Source: a virus (lineage: Duplodnaviria; Heunggongvirae; Uroviricota; Caudoviricetes). Taken from it: DNA of 6,321 nucleotides. Each line of letters begins with the position of its first letter. Position 1 is the stretch's first letter. The translations under genes and the position numbers were made by a program. The DNA lies in IMG/VR virus record IMGVR_UViG_2675903396_000007. The stretch is one strand, 5' to 3'. The notes beneath the pieces were generated by a model. It was not told the origin of the DNA. It did not search any database and saw nothing but the letters and a program-made list of their open reading frames with translations. This document shows positions 1 through 6,314 of the stretch, piece after piece.

Positions 1-159
1 ATAGGCCGCCACCGGCGTTTTTCCGGTAATTTTGTCCAGCATCACCTCTTCGGTATGGAAATTCACCGTACGGCGGAAAAACAGCTCCAGAAACAGCGCA
101 CGAAATTTCACTTTTTGTTCGGTATAACCGAGTAACTGGCGGGTCGTAAACAATCCCAT
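1..159 (-). CDS. E: Major capsid protein, lambda gpE-like; N-terminal 53 codons only, gene continues beyond the window start
   Basis: Not in the ORF track (no stop in window). Manual reverse-complement translation from ATG at 159..157 gives MGLFTTRQLLGYTEQKVKFRALFLELFFRRTVNFHTEEVMLDKITGKTPVAAY, which aligns with the recalled lambda gpE N-terminus (MSMYTTAQLLAANEQKFKFDPLFLRLFFRESYPFTTEKVYLSQIPGLVNMAL). AAAGGA Shine-Dalgarno about 8 nt upstream on the minus strand. Gene order D then E matches lambda. Confidence 0.8.
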   Translation of the reverse strand, partial: MGLFTTRQLLGYTEQKVKFRALFLELFFRRTVNFHTEEVMLDKITGKTPVAAY

Positions 160-187
160 AAATCAGTTCCTTTCATTCAGAAATCAG

Positions 188-209
188 TCAGGCCACCGCG
201 GTGGCCTGA
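188..209. other. Perfect 22-bp palindrome (TCAGGCCACCG|CGGTGGCCTGA) in the D-E intergenic spacer; candidate RNA stem-loop
   Basis: Read directly from the sequence; lies between the gpD-like stop (219..217) and the gpE-like start (159..157). Only a weak T-run follows on the transcribed strand (ACTGATTTCTG), so it is not a canonical intrinsic terminator. I recall lambda also carrying a GC hairpin in its D-E spacer. Confidence 0.35.
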
Positions 210-216
210 TAACGTG

Positions 217-564
217 TTACGGCAGCGCCGCGTGACTCAGGGCACTGCCGGCAAAGGCATTTGCCTTTTTGTGTTCATCCACACTTTCAGGCCAGCGGAT
301 TGCCTCCGTCGCAAAGGTCCCCGACTTGTAATAGGTCAGTACCGTCTCTGTGCCTTCAAGCGGCAGTACCAGTATGCCAACTGCACTACCGGCTTTCTGT
401 CCGTCCCAGACCACCAGTTTCCCGGTAGCTTCATCCAGCATCAGGGGCGTCAGTGCCGGTGTTGCCGAGGAAATCCCGCTGCTGCCTGTGGCGGTATGAG
501 CCGGATCATTACCGGCAAAAATACGTACTTCCGCACGCTGTTCAGTGATGTTTTTCGTTACCAT
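217..564 (-). CDS. D: Head decoration protein, lambda gpD-like
   Basis: ORF-track 115 aa (coordinates include the TAA stop). Aligns along its length with recalled lambda gpD, e.g. DPAHTAT, TPLMLD, KLV.WDG, AVGIL, YKSGTF, WPE, AFAG. ATG at 564..562 preceded by AGGAGG about 10 nt upstream on the minus strand. Confidence 0.9.
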   Translation of the reverse strand: MVTKNITEQRAEVRIFAGNDPAHTATGSSGISSATPALTPLMLDEATGKLVVWDGQKAGSAVGILVLPLEGTETVLTYYKSGTFATEAIRWPESVDEHKKANAFAGSALSHAALP

Positions 565-600
565 ATTGTAAAAACCTCCTGTTGATGGTCAGCACTGACT

Positions 601-1203
601 TCATGGCATGGCCATGAGCATTTTCACGTCCGCATCACCGTCTGCTGACGTCTGTGGCACGCCACCCTGTACCGCAGCCGGTGAATGGTTCGCCATGATG
701 CGTTCAAACAGGGCGGTTGTGGATGCAGAGACCGGTTCTGCCTTACCTGATCCCGCAGCCAGCACAGCCCGGGCGCTCTCCACAGTCATTCCCGGGCAGG
801 CAGCCAGCTGTTCAGCCTGCGCCTCAGCCCCTTTTGCCTCATCCAGTGCCATGATCTGATCACGGAGTGAGGGTCCGGCATCCGCCTGCGGTGAAGCAGC
901 CAGGATCGGGCGGGCTTTTTCCACCGTCATCTCCGGCATCGCCGCCAGCGTTGCCGCCAGTTGTTCACGACCGTTCGCTTCTTCACACGCCATAATGCGA
1001 TCGGCTTCACTCTGCGTGGATGCCACCGGCTGCTGCGGTGCCGCCGCAGCCAGAATCGCCCGGGCCTGTTCAACGCTCATGCCCTGTTGTCCTGCCAGCA
1101 TCGTGGCAAGCTGTTCACGTCCTTTCGCTTCCTGGCATGTCAGGATCCCCATCACTCGCTGGTTCTCCTGCGCGGCGGCTTCCGTTGCAGTTAATTGCGG
1201 CAT
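601..1203 (-). CDS. nu3: Nu3-like scaffolding protein from an in-frame internal start within the gpC-like gene (about 200 aa)
   Basis: In-frame ATG at 1203..1201 (Met302 of the gpC-like ORF) is preceded on the minus strand by AGAGGAGGCACT, i.e. AGGAGG plus a 4-nt spacer. The recalled lambda sequence has the same arrangement (AGGAGGGCGA-ATG) at the equivalent GGRM position, where I believe the Nu3 scaffold starts. Inferred by analogy, not demonstrable from sequence alone. Confidence 0.55.
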   Translation of the reverse strand: MPQLTATEAAAQENQRVMGILTCQEAKGREQLATMLAGQQGMSVEQARAILAAAAPQQPVASTQSEADRIMACEEANGREQLAATLAAMPEMTVEKARPILAASPQADAGPSLRDQIMALDEAKGAEAQAEQLAACPGMTVESARAVLAAGSGKAEPVSASTTALFERIMANHSPAAVQGGVPQTSADGDADVKMLMAMP

Positions 1204-2106
1204 AGTGCCTCCTCTGACATTACTGTTCAGCGCCGTGGCCATCACACTGATGGCATCCGACGCATTGACTAATTCATCCGCCAGCCCGGCATCAATGCCG
1301 GACTGACCTTCAAAAACGGCGGCCTCTGTTCCCGTGACGGCATCAACAGACAGACCGGTAAACATCGCCACTTTTTCGGCAAACATCCGGCGCGCCGCAT
1401 CAATGCGCTGCTGCATGTCCTGGCGAACCTCTGCCGGTAAGGCTTCAAACTGATTGCCATCCACCTTGTGCGCCCCTGAGTAAATCAGCGTGATATCCAC
1501 ACCGGCCTGCGCCAGATGACCGGCATAGCTGACATGGCTCATCATCACGCCAATGGAGCCGATACGGGATGTCTGGGTAACCAGCCGTCGGGAGCAGGCC
1601 GACGCCAGCAGCATGGCTGCAGAACAGGCCGTGTCATTGCACAGTGCCCAGACCGGCTTCTGCTGACGGAGGCGGTAAATCATGTCAGCGCAGTCAAACG
1701 CGCCGGCGGCCTGCCCGCCCGGACTGTCAATGTCCAGCAGTACGCCCCGCACCTGGCTATCCGCCATTGCCTGCTGAAGACAGGCGACAATGCCGTCATA
1801 GCCTGTCATTCCGGAAAATGGCCGCATACCCCCCAGCCGGTGCACCAGCGTGCCGGTCACCGGCAGTACAGCAATACCGTTCACCACCCGGTAAACACGG
1901 GCCGGTCGTTTACCTCCGGCCATGTACTCGTCCGTTTCAGCCAGCATTCCGGGAGCATCAAGCTGTACCTGCTGCTGTGGTACCGAAAGACTTGCTGCCC
2001 CCATCTCGCGCCCGAGCGCGCAAAAGAAAACCCGCGCATAGGCGGGCTCCAGAAGCAGCGGTTCATTGAATGCTGCGGCAATAATGTGTGAAAGATTACG
2101 TCTCAC
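601..2106 (-). CDS. C: Head maturation protease / scaffold fusion, lambda gpC-like (S49/ClpP-like peptidase domain, C-terminal scaffold repeats)
   Basis: ORF-track 501 aa. N-terminal two-thirds aligns closely with recalled lambda gpC (AFNEPLLLEPAYARVFFCAL, NGIAVLPV.GTLV, SGMTGY.GI, FDCAD.I.R, KPVWAL, SRRLVTQT, GSIGVMM.H, ITLIYSG.HKVDGN, AGLADELVN). Start is GTG at 2106..2104, as I recall for lambda C. It is 62 aa longer than my recollection of lambda gpC (439 aa), owing to C-terminal repeats. Confidence 0.9.
   Translation of the reverse strand: MRRNLSHIIAAAFNEPLLLEPAYARVFFCALGREMGAASLSVPQQQVQLDAPGMLAETDEYMAGGKRPARVYRVVNGIAVLPVTGTLVHRLGGMRPFSGMTGYDGIVACLQQAMADSQVRGVLLDIDSPGGQAAGAFDCADMIYRLRQQKPVWALCNDTACSAAMLLASACSRRLVTQTSRIGSIGVMMSHVSYAGHLAQAGVDITLIYSGAHKVDGNQFEALPAEVRQDMQQRIDAARRMFAEKVAMFTGLSVDAVTGTEAAVFEGQSGIDAGLADELVNASDAISVMATALNSNVRGGTMPQLTATEAAAQENQRVMGILTCQEAKGREQLATMLAGQQGMSVEQARAILAAAAPQQPVASTQSEADRIMACEEANGREQLAATLAAMPEMTVEKARPILAASPQADAGPSLRDQIMALDEAKGAEAQAEQLAACPGMTVESARAVLAAGSGKAEPVSASTTALFERIMANHSPAAVQGGVPQTSADGDADVKMLMAMP
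690..1160 (-). repeat. Three to four diverged tandem copies of a roughly 150-bp (about 50-codon) coding unit within the scaffold portion of the gpC-like gene
   Basis: Protein-level repeats with anchor Met at residues 319, 372, 419 and 471: RVMGILTCQEAKGREQLATMLAGQQGMSVEQARAILAAA / RIMACEEANGREQLAATLAAMPEMTVEKARPILAAS / QIMALDEAKGAEAQAEQLAACPGMTVESARAVLAAG / ERIMANH. Also visible in DNA, e.g. 961..1002 ctgttcacgaccgttcgcttcttcacacgccataatgcgatc versus 1111..1150 ctgttcacgtcctttcgcttcctggcatgtcaggatcccc. Confidence 0.7.
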
Positions 2107-3688
2107 GGGGTGTTGTCTCCTCTTCCGGCCTGCGACTCTCCGCTATCTGCTGCTGATACGCCTGCGCTATCCACACCGGACGTGAGAGTCCGGCTTTTTG
2201 CCGCTCTGCAGATTCCCTGACCTGCTGGCGGAAAATGTCCTGATAATCCTCGCCCATCAGCGCCAGCTCTTTCTCATACGTGCTCAGTCCGGCCTCAATG
2301 CGCATCACCGATTCCTGAACCTCCTTGAGCCCGTCAATGGCCATTCTTCCGGCTCCAATCCACTCTGCCCGTGACCAGGCTGATCGCGCCTGATAAAAAT
2401 CAAAACGTGCCCGTGGCGGACGAATAATCCCCCGAAGAAGTGCCTCTTCCAGCCAGCAGGAAAACATCTGCGTGGCCAGCCGGGCCGCAATAAATTTTCG
2501 CCGCCCCATAAAATAGCGCCACGACTCATTGGCGGAGGCGCGGGCACTTGAGTAACTGACCTTCGAGTAATCACGGGACAACTGTTCGTAGGAAACGCCA
2601 AGACCGGCGGCGATATACCGCAGCAACGCCTGTTCAAGCGCAGAAAATCCATTGTCTGAATCCTGCGCAGTCTGTAGTTTCAGATCATCACCAGGGAAAA
2701 GGTGCGGAATTTTGACACCGCCCAGTGTCACGTTATTCGTGTCATACCAGCTGGAGAACTTCTCCAGAATATTAATAAGCGGATTATCTTTCTGCTCCTG
2801 TGGCGCGCCGGCGATATATTCAAAGGCCTTTTCGGTATCAAGTTCACTTTCAATCGTCGCTGCATACATCGCCTTCACTATGGCCGACTGAAGCTGTGTT
2901 GCCTGCAGGGAATCGAGCATCTTCAGCCGTTCCATGACGCTGTAAAACTGGTTGGCCCCACGGGTCTGCCCGTCCTCCACCGGCTCGAAAATATGCAGCA
3001 TGGCCGGACGCCCGGTGGGAAGTTCACGCGGGATCCGTTCCCATCGTCCACTCCCGGAGAACGGAAAATCATCCTCACAGATATGGTACGCAACGGCACG
3101 GCCATATCGATCGACCTCCACCCCGGCCCGCAGAAAACGGTTCCCCATACCGTGTCCTGGCGTGTCCACCCGTTTCGGACTCACGGCTTTAAAACGCGTA
3201 CGGAATAACTGCGTGGTTTCCGTATCCCAGACCGGCTGCACAAAGATTTCGCCGTTAAACGCATGAACGCCCACACCTTCACGGATAAATTCCGTGAACG
3301 TGCGTTTTCCTTCCACGTCGATCTCGCCAGACATCCCTTCGGCGTATTCCGACCAGGCCGCCTCCACCTCATCGACAAAGCTTTTTGCTGCGGTCTCCCG
3401 CATCCCCAGCCAGCGCCAGTTCGGACGGTAGCTGATCAGAAACATATGCCCGACAATGTGATCCTTATGCAGAGCCACCGCATTAGCCGCTATTCCGTTA
3501 TTGCGCACCAGATCATCTGCCCGGGCATTCCCCAGACGCAACGCGGGCAGCAGGGCCGCATCGGCACTCTGCGCCGGTGGCAACCACTCAGCCATTTGCC
3601 CGCCAAATCCTGCACCGCCCCCGTTGTAGCTGAGACTCTCACGAAGCGGAACGCCGTTCACATCAATCAGGACAGGCGTTCGTTTCAT
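2096..3688 (-). CDS. B: Portal protein, lambda gpB-like
   Basis: ORF-track 530 aa. Extensive alignment with recalled lambda gpB (GGG.GFGGQ, DAALLP, GNARADDLVRNNG, HAFNGE.FVQ, LFRT.F, VSPKR, IPRELP, F.PVEDGQTRGAN.FYSVME, QSAIVKAMYAATIESELDT, LLRYIAAGLGVSYEQLSR, SARASANESW.YFMGRRKF, GRMAIDGLKEVQE, IEAGLSTYEKE). ATG at 3688..3686 overlaps the gpW-like stop (ATGA). Confidence 0.95.
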   Translation of the reverse strand: MKRTPVLIDVNGVPLRESLSYNGGGAGFGGQMAEWLPPAQSADAALLPALRLGNARADDLVRNNGIAANAVALHKDHIVGHMFLISYRPNWRWLGMRETAAKSFVDEVEAAWSEYAEGMSGEIDVEGKRTFTEFIREGVGVHAFNGEIFVQPVWDTETTQLFRTRFKAVSPKRVDTPGHGMGNRFLRAGVEVDRYGRAVAYHICEDDFPFSGSGRWERIPRELPTGRPAMLHIFEPVEDGQTRGANQFYSVMERLKMLDSLQATQLQSAIVKAMYAATIESELDTEKAFEYIAGAPQEQKDNPLINILEKFSSWYDTNNVTLGGVKIPHLFPGDDLKLQTAQDSDNGFSALEQALLRYIAAGLGVSYEQLSRDYSKVSYSSARASANESWRYFMGRRKFIAARLATQMFSCWLEEALLRGIIRPPRARFDFYQARSAWSRAEWIGAGRMAIDGLKEVQESVMRIEAGLSTYEKELALMGEDYQDIFRQQVRESAERQKAGLSRPVWIAQAYQQQIAESRRPEEETTPRET

Positions 3689-3891
3689 AACCTCACTCCC
3701 AGCGGACGACGGCGACGCCGGGTTGTCCCCAGTACCGACTCCGCATCATTGATCGCCCGGTTAAGCTCATCCAGAGAAGCCGCCGTATATTCAATTCTGC
3801 GACCATCTTTCTGGACAGACACCACCCGTTTACCGGTTAATAAATCAAGGCGCGCCTGACGCAGCGCCTGCAGTTCAGCGACTGTAACCAT
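3685..3891 (-). CDS. W: Head-tail joining / head completion protein, lambda gpW-like
   Basis: ORF-track 68 aa, MVTVAELQALRQARLDLLTGKRVVSVQKDGRRIEYTAASLDEL...RRRRPLG, versus recalled lambda gpW [43 protein letters not shown]...QRRRGPAG. Same length class; GGAGGAG Shine-Dalgarno 5 nt upstream of the ATG at 3891. Confidence 0.9.
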   Translation of the reverse strand: MVTVAELQALRQARLDLLTGKRVVSVQKDGRRIEYTAASLDELNRAINDAESVLGTTRRRRRPLGVRL

Positions 3892-5584
3892 TCACTCCTC
3901 CGGACAGCTTCGCTGCCAGTTCTTTCAGGGTTGGCCGGGTCGTCTCTTCTTCCCGGGATTTTGCCAGTACAGCCAGATCAAGCTGCCAGCGTTGCACGGA
4001 CACACGTAATGCCGCGTAGGCATACACCAGGCAGTCCAGCGCTTCGTTACGCCGCTTTTTGTTATCCCACAGCAGACGCATCTTTCCTTTTTCCCACTTC
4101 TCCACCAGCTCTTCCGCCACCAGTTGCTGCGCCTCTGTCTGCGAAAAAATCTCCGGATCATCAGGAAAACGGATGGCATACGACGTGGCTTCATCCGCAG
4201 GCGTGGGATCGGCTTTCATACGGGCATAGAGAATTTCTTTTGCGGTGTCCGTTCCCACTTCACACAGATACACGCCCCGCTGATTGCGGGTTTTCGGCAT
4301 GGTGATCACCGGCTTGCCATAGACAGACGCGCCTTTTACCGGCAGCACCCGGAAAACACCGTGTTTTTTTGATCTCTGATAAACAATTTCACCATCGATC
4401 CCCCCGGTGTCCCAGCAGACACGGGAAATAGTCATTTCGGTGCCATCCGCATGGCGGTATTTTTTGTTGATCGCCGCATCCACACGTAACAGCGTCTCTT
4501 CCTCATCGGGACGCCCCATAATGATGATTTTATCCACCAGAAAGGCTTCCTCTCCCGGAGCCCATCCCCAGACATACATCTCAAAACGGTTTCGCTGCGA
4601 GTCAATGCCCGCCGTCAGATAAACCACCCGGGAAGGCACCGCAGCCGTGTAACGCACAACCTTATCCATCAGTACCTGGTGATCGAGTTTTTCGCCCACG
4701 GCCTCTTCCCAGGTCTCGCCCAGCGTGGTGTTCACAAAGGTTTTCAGGCCGTTGGGATCTTTCAGTGCATCCAGCCAGTCATAGACAATCTGTACCCAGG
4801 TGGTGAACGGACTGTACGCCGTCCAGATATGGAACGTGATGGAGCGCGGCGGCGGAATTTCATCACCCCGGGCGCTGAAAAACGTCAGACCGTCACGGGT
4901 CCACATGCCCGTGTTTTCACAGATCCACCGCCCGTTGCTCTGGTCCAGTTCAGACTGATGGATCACGCAGCCATGATGTTCACAGAGGTAGAAAACACTT
5001 TCAGGGCTGTCCTTCTCCCATTTAAGCCCAAAAGGCGTGGACTCATCGCCAAATTTCAGATACTGCGCCTCCCCACAGTGCGGGCAGGGCACATAAAAAC
5101 GCATAAAATGCGCCGACTCGTTAGCGGCTTTTTCGATCTGGCAGGTGCCTTTGATTTTAGGCGTCGAGCCGCGAATGGATTTTGGCCACACCGACCCCTC
5201 AATACGCTTATCCCCCAGCAGGGTTGGCGAGCCCTCTTTTTCGACATCCGGCTCGAACGAGGAAAGTTCGTCATAGCAGACCACGTCAACGGATTTTTCA
5301 CGGTAGTTTTTGGCGGCAGCGCCGCCCAGGCACCAGAAACCGACGCCCGATGAAAAGCGTTTCAGCGTGAGAGTATTGTCACGATGTTTACGACCCAGCC
5401 ATGGGGAAAGGTCTTTCAGGCATGGCACGTTCCGAATCGTCGCCTCCACGTGAGACTTCATAAAATCTTCAGCGGCAGAATCCGTGGGCTGAAAAAGCAG
5501 ACTGTTTCGGGATTTATGCTCAATAAAATACCCGACCACCCCCAGCAACATCTTTGTATAGCCAACACGGGCAGATTTAATCAG
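3875..5584 (-). CDS. A: Terminase large subunit, lambda gpA-like; 5' end missing (interrupted by the N-run), C-terminal about 569 codons intact
   Basis: ORF-track 606 aa, but residues upstream of the Ns are a frame artefact. From LIKSARVGYTKMLLGV (Walker A-like region, immediately 3' of the gap) to the stop, the protein is colinear and highly similar to recalled lambda gpA (KSARVGYSKMLLGV, KKHRDNTLT.KRF, GFWCLGG.AAKNYREKSVDV, SPT.LGDKRIEGSVWPKSIRGSTPK, HFMRF.V.CPHCGE.QYLKFGD, FYLCEH, HIWTAYSPFTTWVQIV, FVNTTLGETWE, LTAGIDSQ, VWGWGPGEE, ISR.CWDTGGID, YGKPV, WD.KKRRNEALDC). Confidence 0.95.
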   Translation of the reverse strand: MIKSARVGYTKMLLGVVGYFIEHKSRNSLLFQPTDSAAEDFMKSHVEATIRNVPCLKDLSPWLGRKHRDNTLTLKRFSSGVGFWCLGGAAAKNYREKSVDVVCYDELSSFEPDVEKEGSPTLLGDKRIEGSVWPKSIRGSTPKIKGTCQIEKAANESAHFMRFYVPCPHCGEAQYLKFGDESTPFGLKWEKDSPESVFYLCEHHGCVIHQSELDQSNGRWICENTGMWTRDGLTFFSARGDEIPPPRSITFHIWTAYSPFTTWVQIVYDWLDALKDPNGLKTFVNTTLGETWEEAVGEKLDHQVLMDKVVRYTAAVPSRVVYLTAGIDSQRNRFEMYVWGWAPGEEAFLVDKIIIMGRPDEEETLLRVDAAINKKYRHADGTEMTISRVCWDTGGIDGEIVYQRSKKHGVFRVLPVKGASVYGKPVITMPKTRNQRGVYLCEVGTDTAKEILYARMKADPTPADEATSYAIRFPDDPEIFSQTEAQQLVAEELVEKWEKGKMRLLWDNKKRRNEALDCLVYAYAALRVSVQRWQLDLAVLAKSREEETTRPTLKELAAKLSGGVNGYSR

Positions 5585-5640
5585 NNNNNNNNNNNNNNNN
5601 NNNNNNNNNNNNNNNNNNNNNNNNNNNNNNNNNNNNNNNN
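5585..5640. other. Run of 56 N: assembly or scaffold gap of unknown true size
   Basis: Directly visible. By analogy with lambda the missing stretch should encode the last dozen or so Nu1 codons and roughly 70 N-terminal gpA codons, i.e. considerably more than 56 nt. Confidence 0.95.
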
Positions 5641-5642
5641 AG

Positions 5643-6119
5643 TAAATCCGGTAATTTATCCCCTGCCCGCGCACACTGATTTGCCCCCTTAGCAATAAGG
5701 GTTTTCAGATGGTCAAGATGGCGCGGTGTTAAATCAGGAAACTGTCGCTGCATGGATAAAGGGATGGAATCAAGCGTACTGGATAACGCCATTGCCAGCT
5801 TACTGAGGGCAAAAATACAGAACCCGGTGTCAATAAGTTTTCCTTTTGACACCTCATTTTTTAACTGCTGTGTAACAGCCTGTTCTGCTGTCAGTTCCCA
5901 TCTGGCAATAAGCAATTTCTCCTCATAGTCGTCTTCGCTATCGCCATCAGGCACATCGTTTTTACTTCTCCTCAGATACGATATGTAAAAATCGCGCCAG
6001 GCATCCAGATCCAGTTGCCCTCGCTTATTCGATATCGGGGCACCCGGCAATTTCTGCAATCTGCGAAGCTGGCGATCGGTCAGACTTAAATGCCTGGCAA
6101 CTTCAGTCTGCGTAGCCAC
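5643..6119 (-). CDS. nu1: Terminase small subunit, lambda Nu1-like; 3' end missing (runs into the N-run)
   Basis: ORF-track 180 aa, of which the first 159 residues are real sequence. C-terminal half aligns with recalled lambda Nu1 (TGFCIFALSKLA....LD.IPLSMQRQFPDL..RHLDHLK versus TAFCTFVLSRIA....LDGLPLSVQRRFPELENRHVDFLK). N-terminal region resembles the Nu1 winged-HTH segment. GTG start at 6119 with GAGGTGAGGA immediately upstream and an in-frame stop 1 codon upstream. Sits directly downstream of cos, as in lambda. Confidence 0.88.
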
Positions 6120-6154
6120 TCCTCACCTCGCAAAAACTCTCACCTCACAATCAC

Positions 6155-6270
6155 AACAAAACCGGTCATGTCCGGTTTACATGTCTGTTTTTTGTTCATG
6201 TCCGGTTCACAGAAGACCTGTTTTTATATTTTTCATATAGTTAACTTGAAGAGAAACCGGACATGGATCC
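6155..6270. promoter_or_regulatory. cosB-like terminase small-subunit binding region: three copies of an 11-bp element flanking an AT-rich spacer
   Basis: CATGTCCGGTT at 6167..6177 and 6197..6207 (direct) and its reverse complement AACCGGACATG at 6255..6265 (inverted), with a 47-bp AT-rich spacer (6208..6254) between the second and third copies. This mirrors the lambda cosB layout cosN-R3-I1(IHF)-R2-R1-Nu1. Assignment as R sites is inference. Confidence 0.6.
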
Positions 6271-6302
6271 CGGAAAATTTTCATAAATAGCGAAAACCCG
6301 CG

Positions 6303-6314
6303 AGGTCGCCGCCC
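6303..6314 (-). other. cosN: 12-nt cohesive-end site (GGGCGGCGACCT on the minus strand)
   Basis: Reverse complement of 6270..6321 reads GGTTACGGGGCGGCGACCTCGCGGGTTTTCGCTATTTATGAAAATTTTCCGG, which matches the lambda cos junction as I recall it (right-end ...GGTTACG, then left-end GGGCGGCGACCTCGCGGGTTTTCGCTATTTATGAAAATTTTCCGG). Confidence 0.85.

Noticed and set aside
4102-4109. Chi octamer GCTGGTGG on the minus strand (CCACCAGC on plus).
   Set aside because: A single 8-mer in 6.3 kb on two strands is well within chance expectation, and its relevance depends on orientation relative to a DNA end that I cannot establish here.
608-5692. Numerous plus-strand ORFs in the track (for example 1516..2091 191 aa, 2702..3208 168 aa, 3263..3859 198 aa, 4679..5353 224 aa, and shorter ones).
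   Set aside because: All lie antisense to or overlapping strongly conserved minus-strand structural genes. Their translations are Arg/Pro/Cys-rich and low-complexity, as expected for antisense frames of GC-rich coding DNA, and they lack convincing ribosome-binding sites. Lambda has no genes on that strand in this region.
5641-5695. ORF-track N-terminal extension of the gpA-like ORF (MLRGQISVRGQGINYRIY...) and the C-terminal extension of Nu1 through the N-run.
   Set aside because: Translation across Ns is meaningless, and the 5'-side residues do not resemble the lambda gpA N-terminus and occupy real Nu1 coding sequence in a different frame.
6122-6146. Direct repeat of CTCACCTC (GAGGTGAG on the minus strand) upstream of the Nu1 start.
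   Set aside because: The copy adjacent to the GTG start is simply the Shine-Dalgarno region; the second copy 17 bp away has no evident function and is too short to interpret.
6208-6254. Looked for an exact IHF consensus (WATCAANNNNTTR) in the AT-rich cosB spacer.
   Set aside because: No exact match on either strand by eye. The region is still AT-rich and bendable, so I describe it only as a candidate bend site rather than calling an IHF site.
6265-6270. GGATCC (BamHI site) exactly where identity to lambda cos ends, which could hint at a cloning junction or cosmid-derived sequence.
   Set aside because: The downstream genes form a complete, colinear native lambdoid head module rather than vector sequence, and the site overlaps the third cosB repeat; most likely coincidence. 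A vector screen would settle it.
6090-6290. Plus-strand 66-aa ORF spanning the Nu1 start and cosB.
   Set aside because: Overlaps the cos regulatory region and the Nu1 start, with no Shine-Dalgarno sequence or recognisable protein features; almost certainly spurious.
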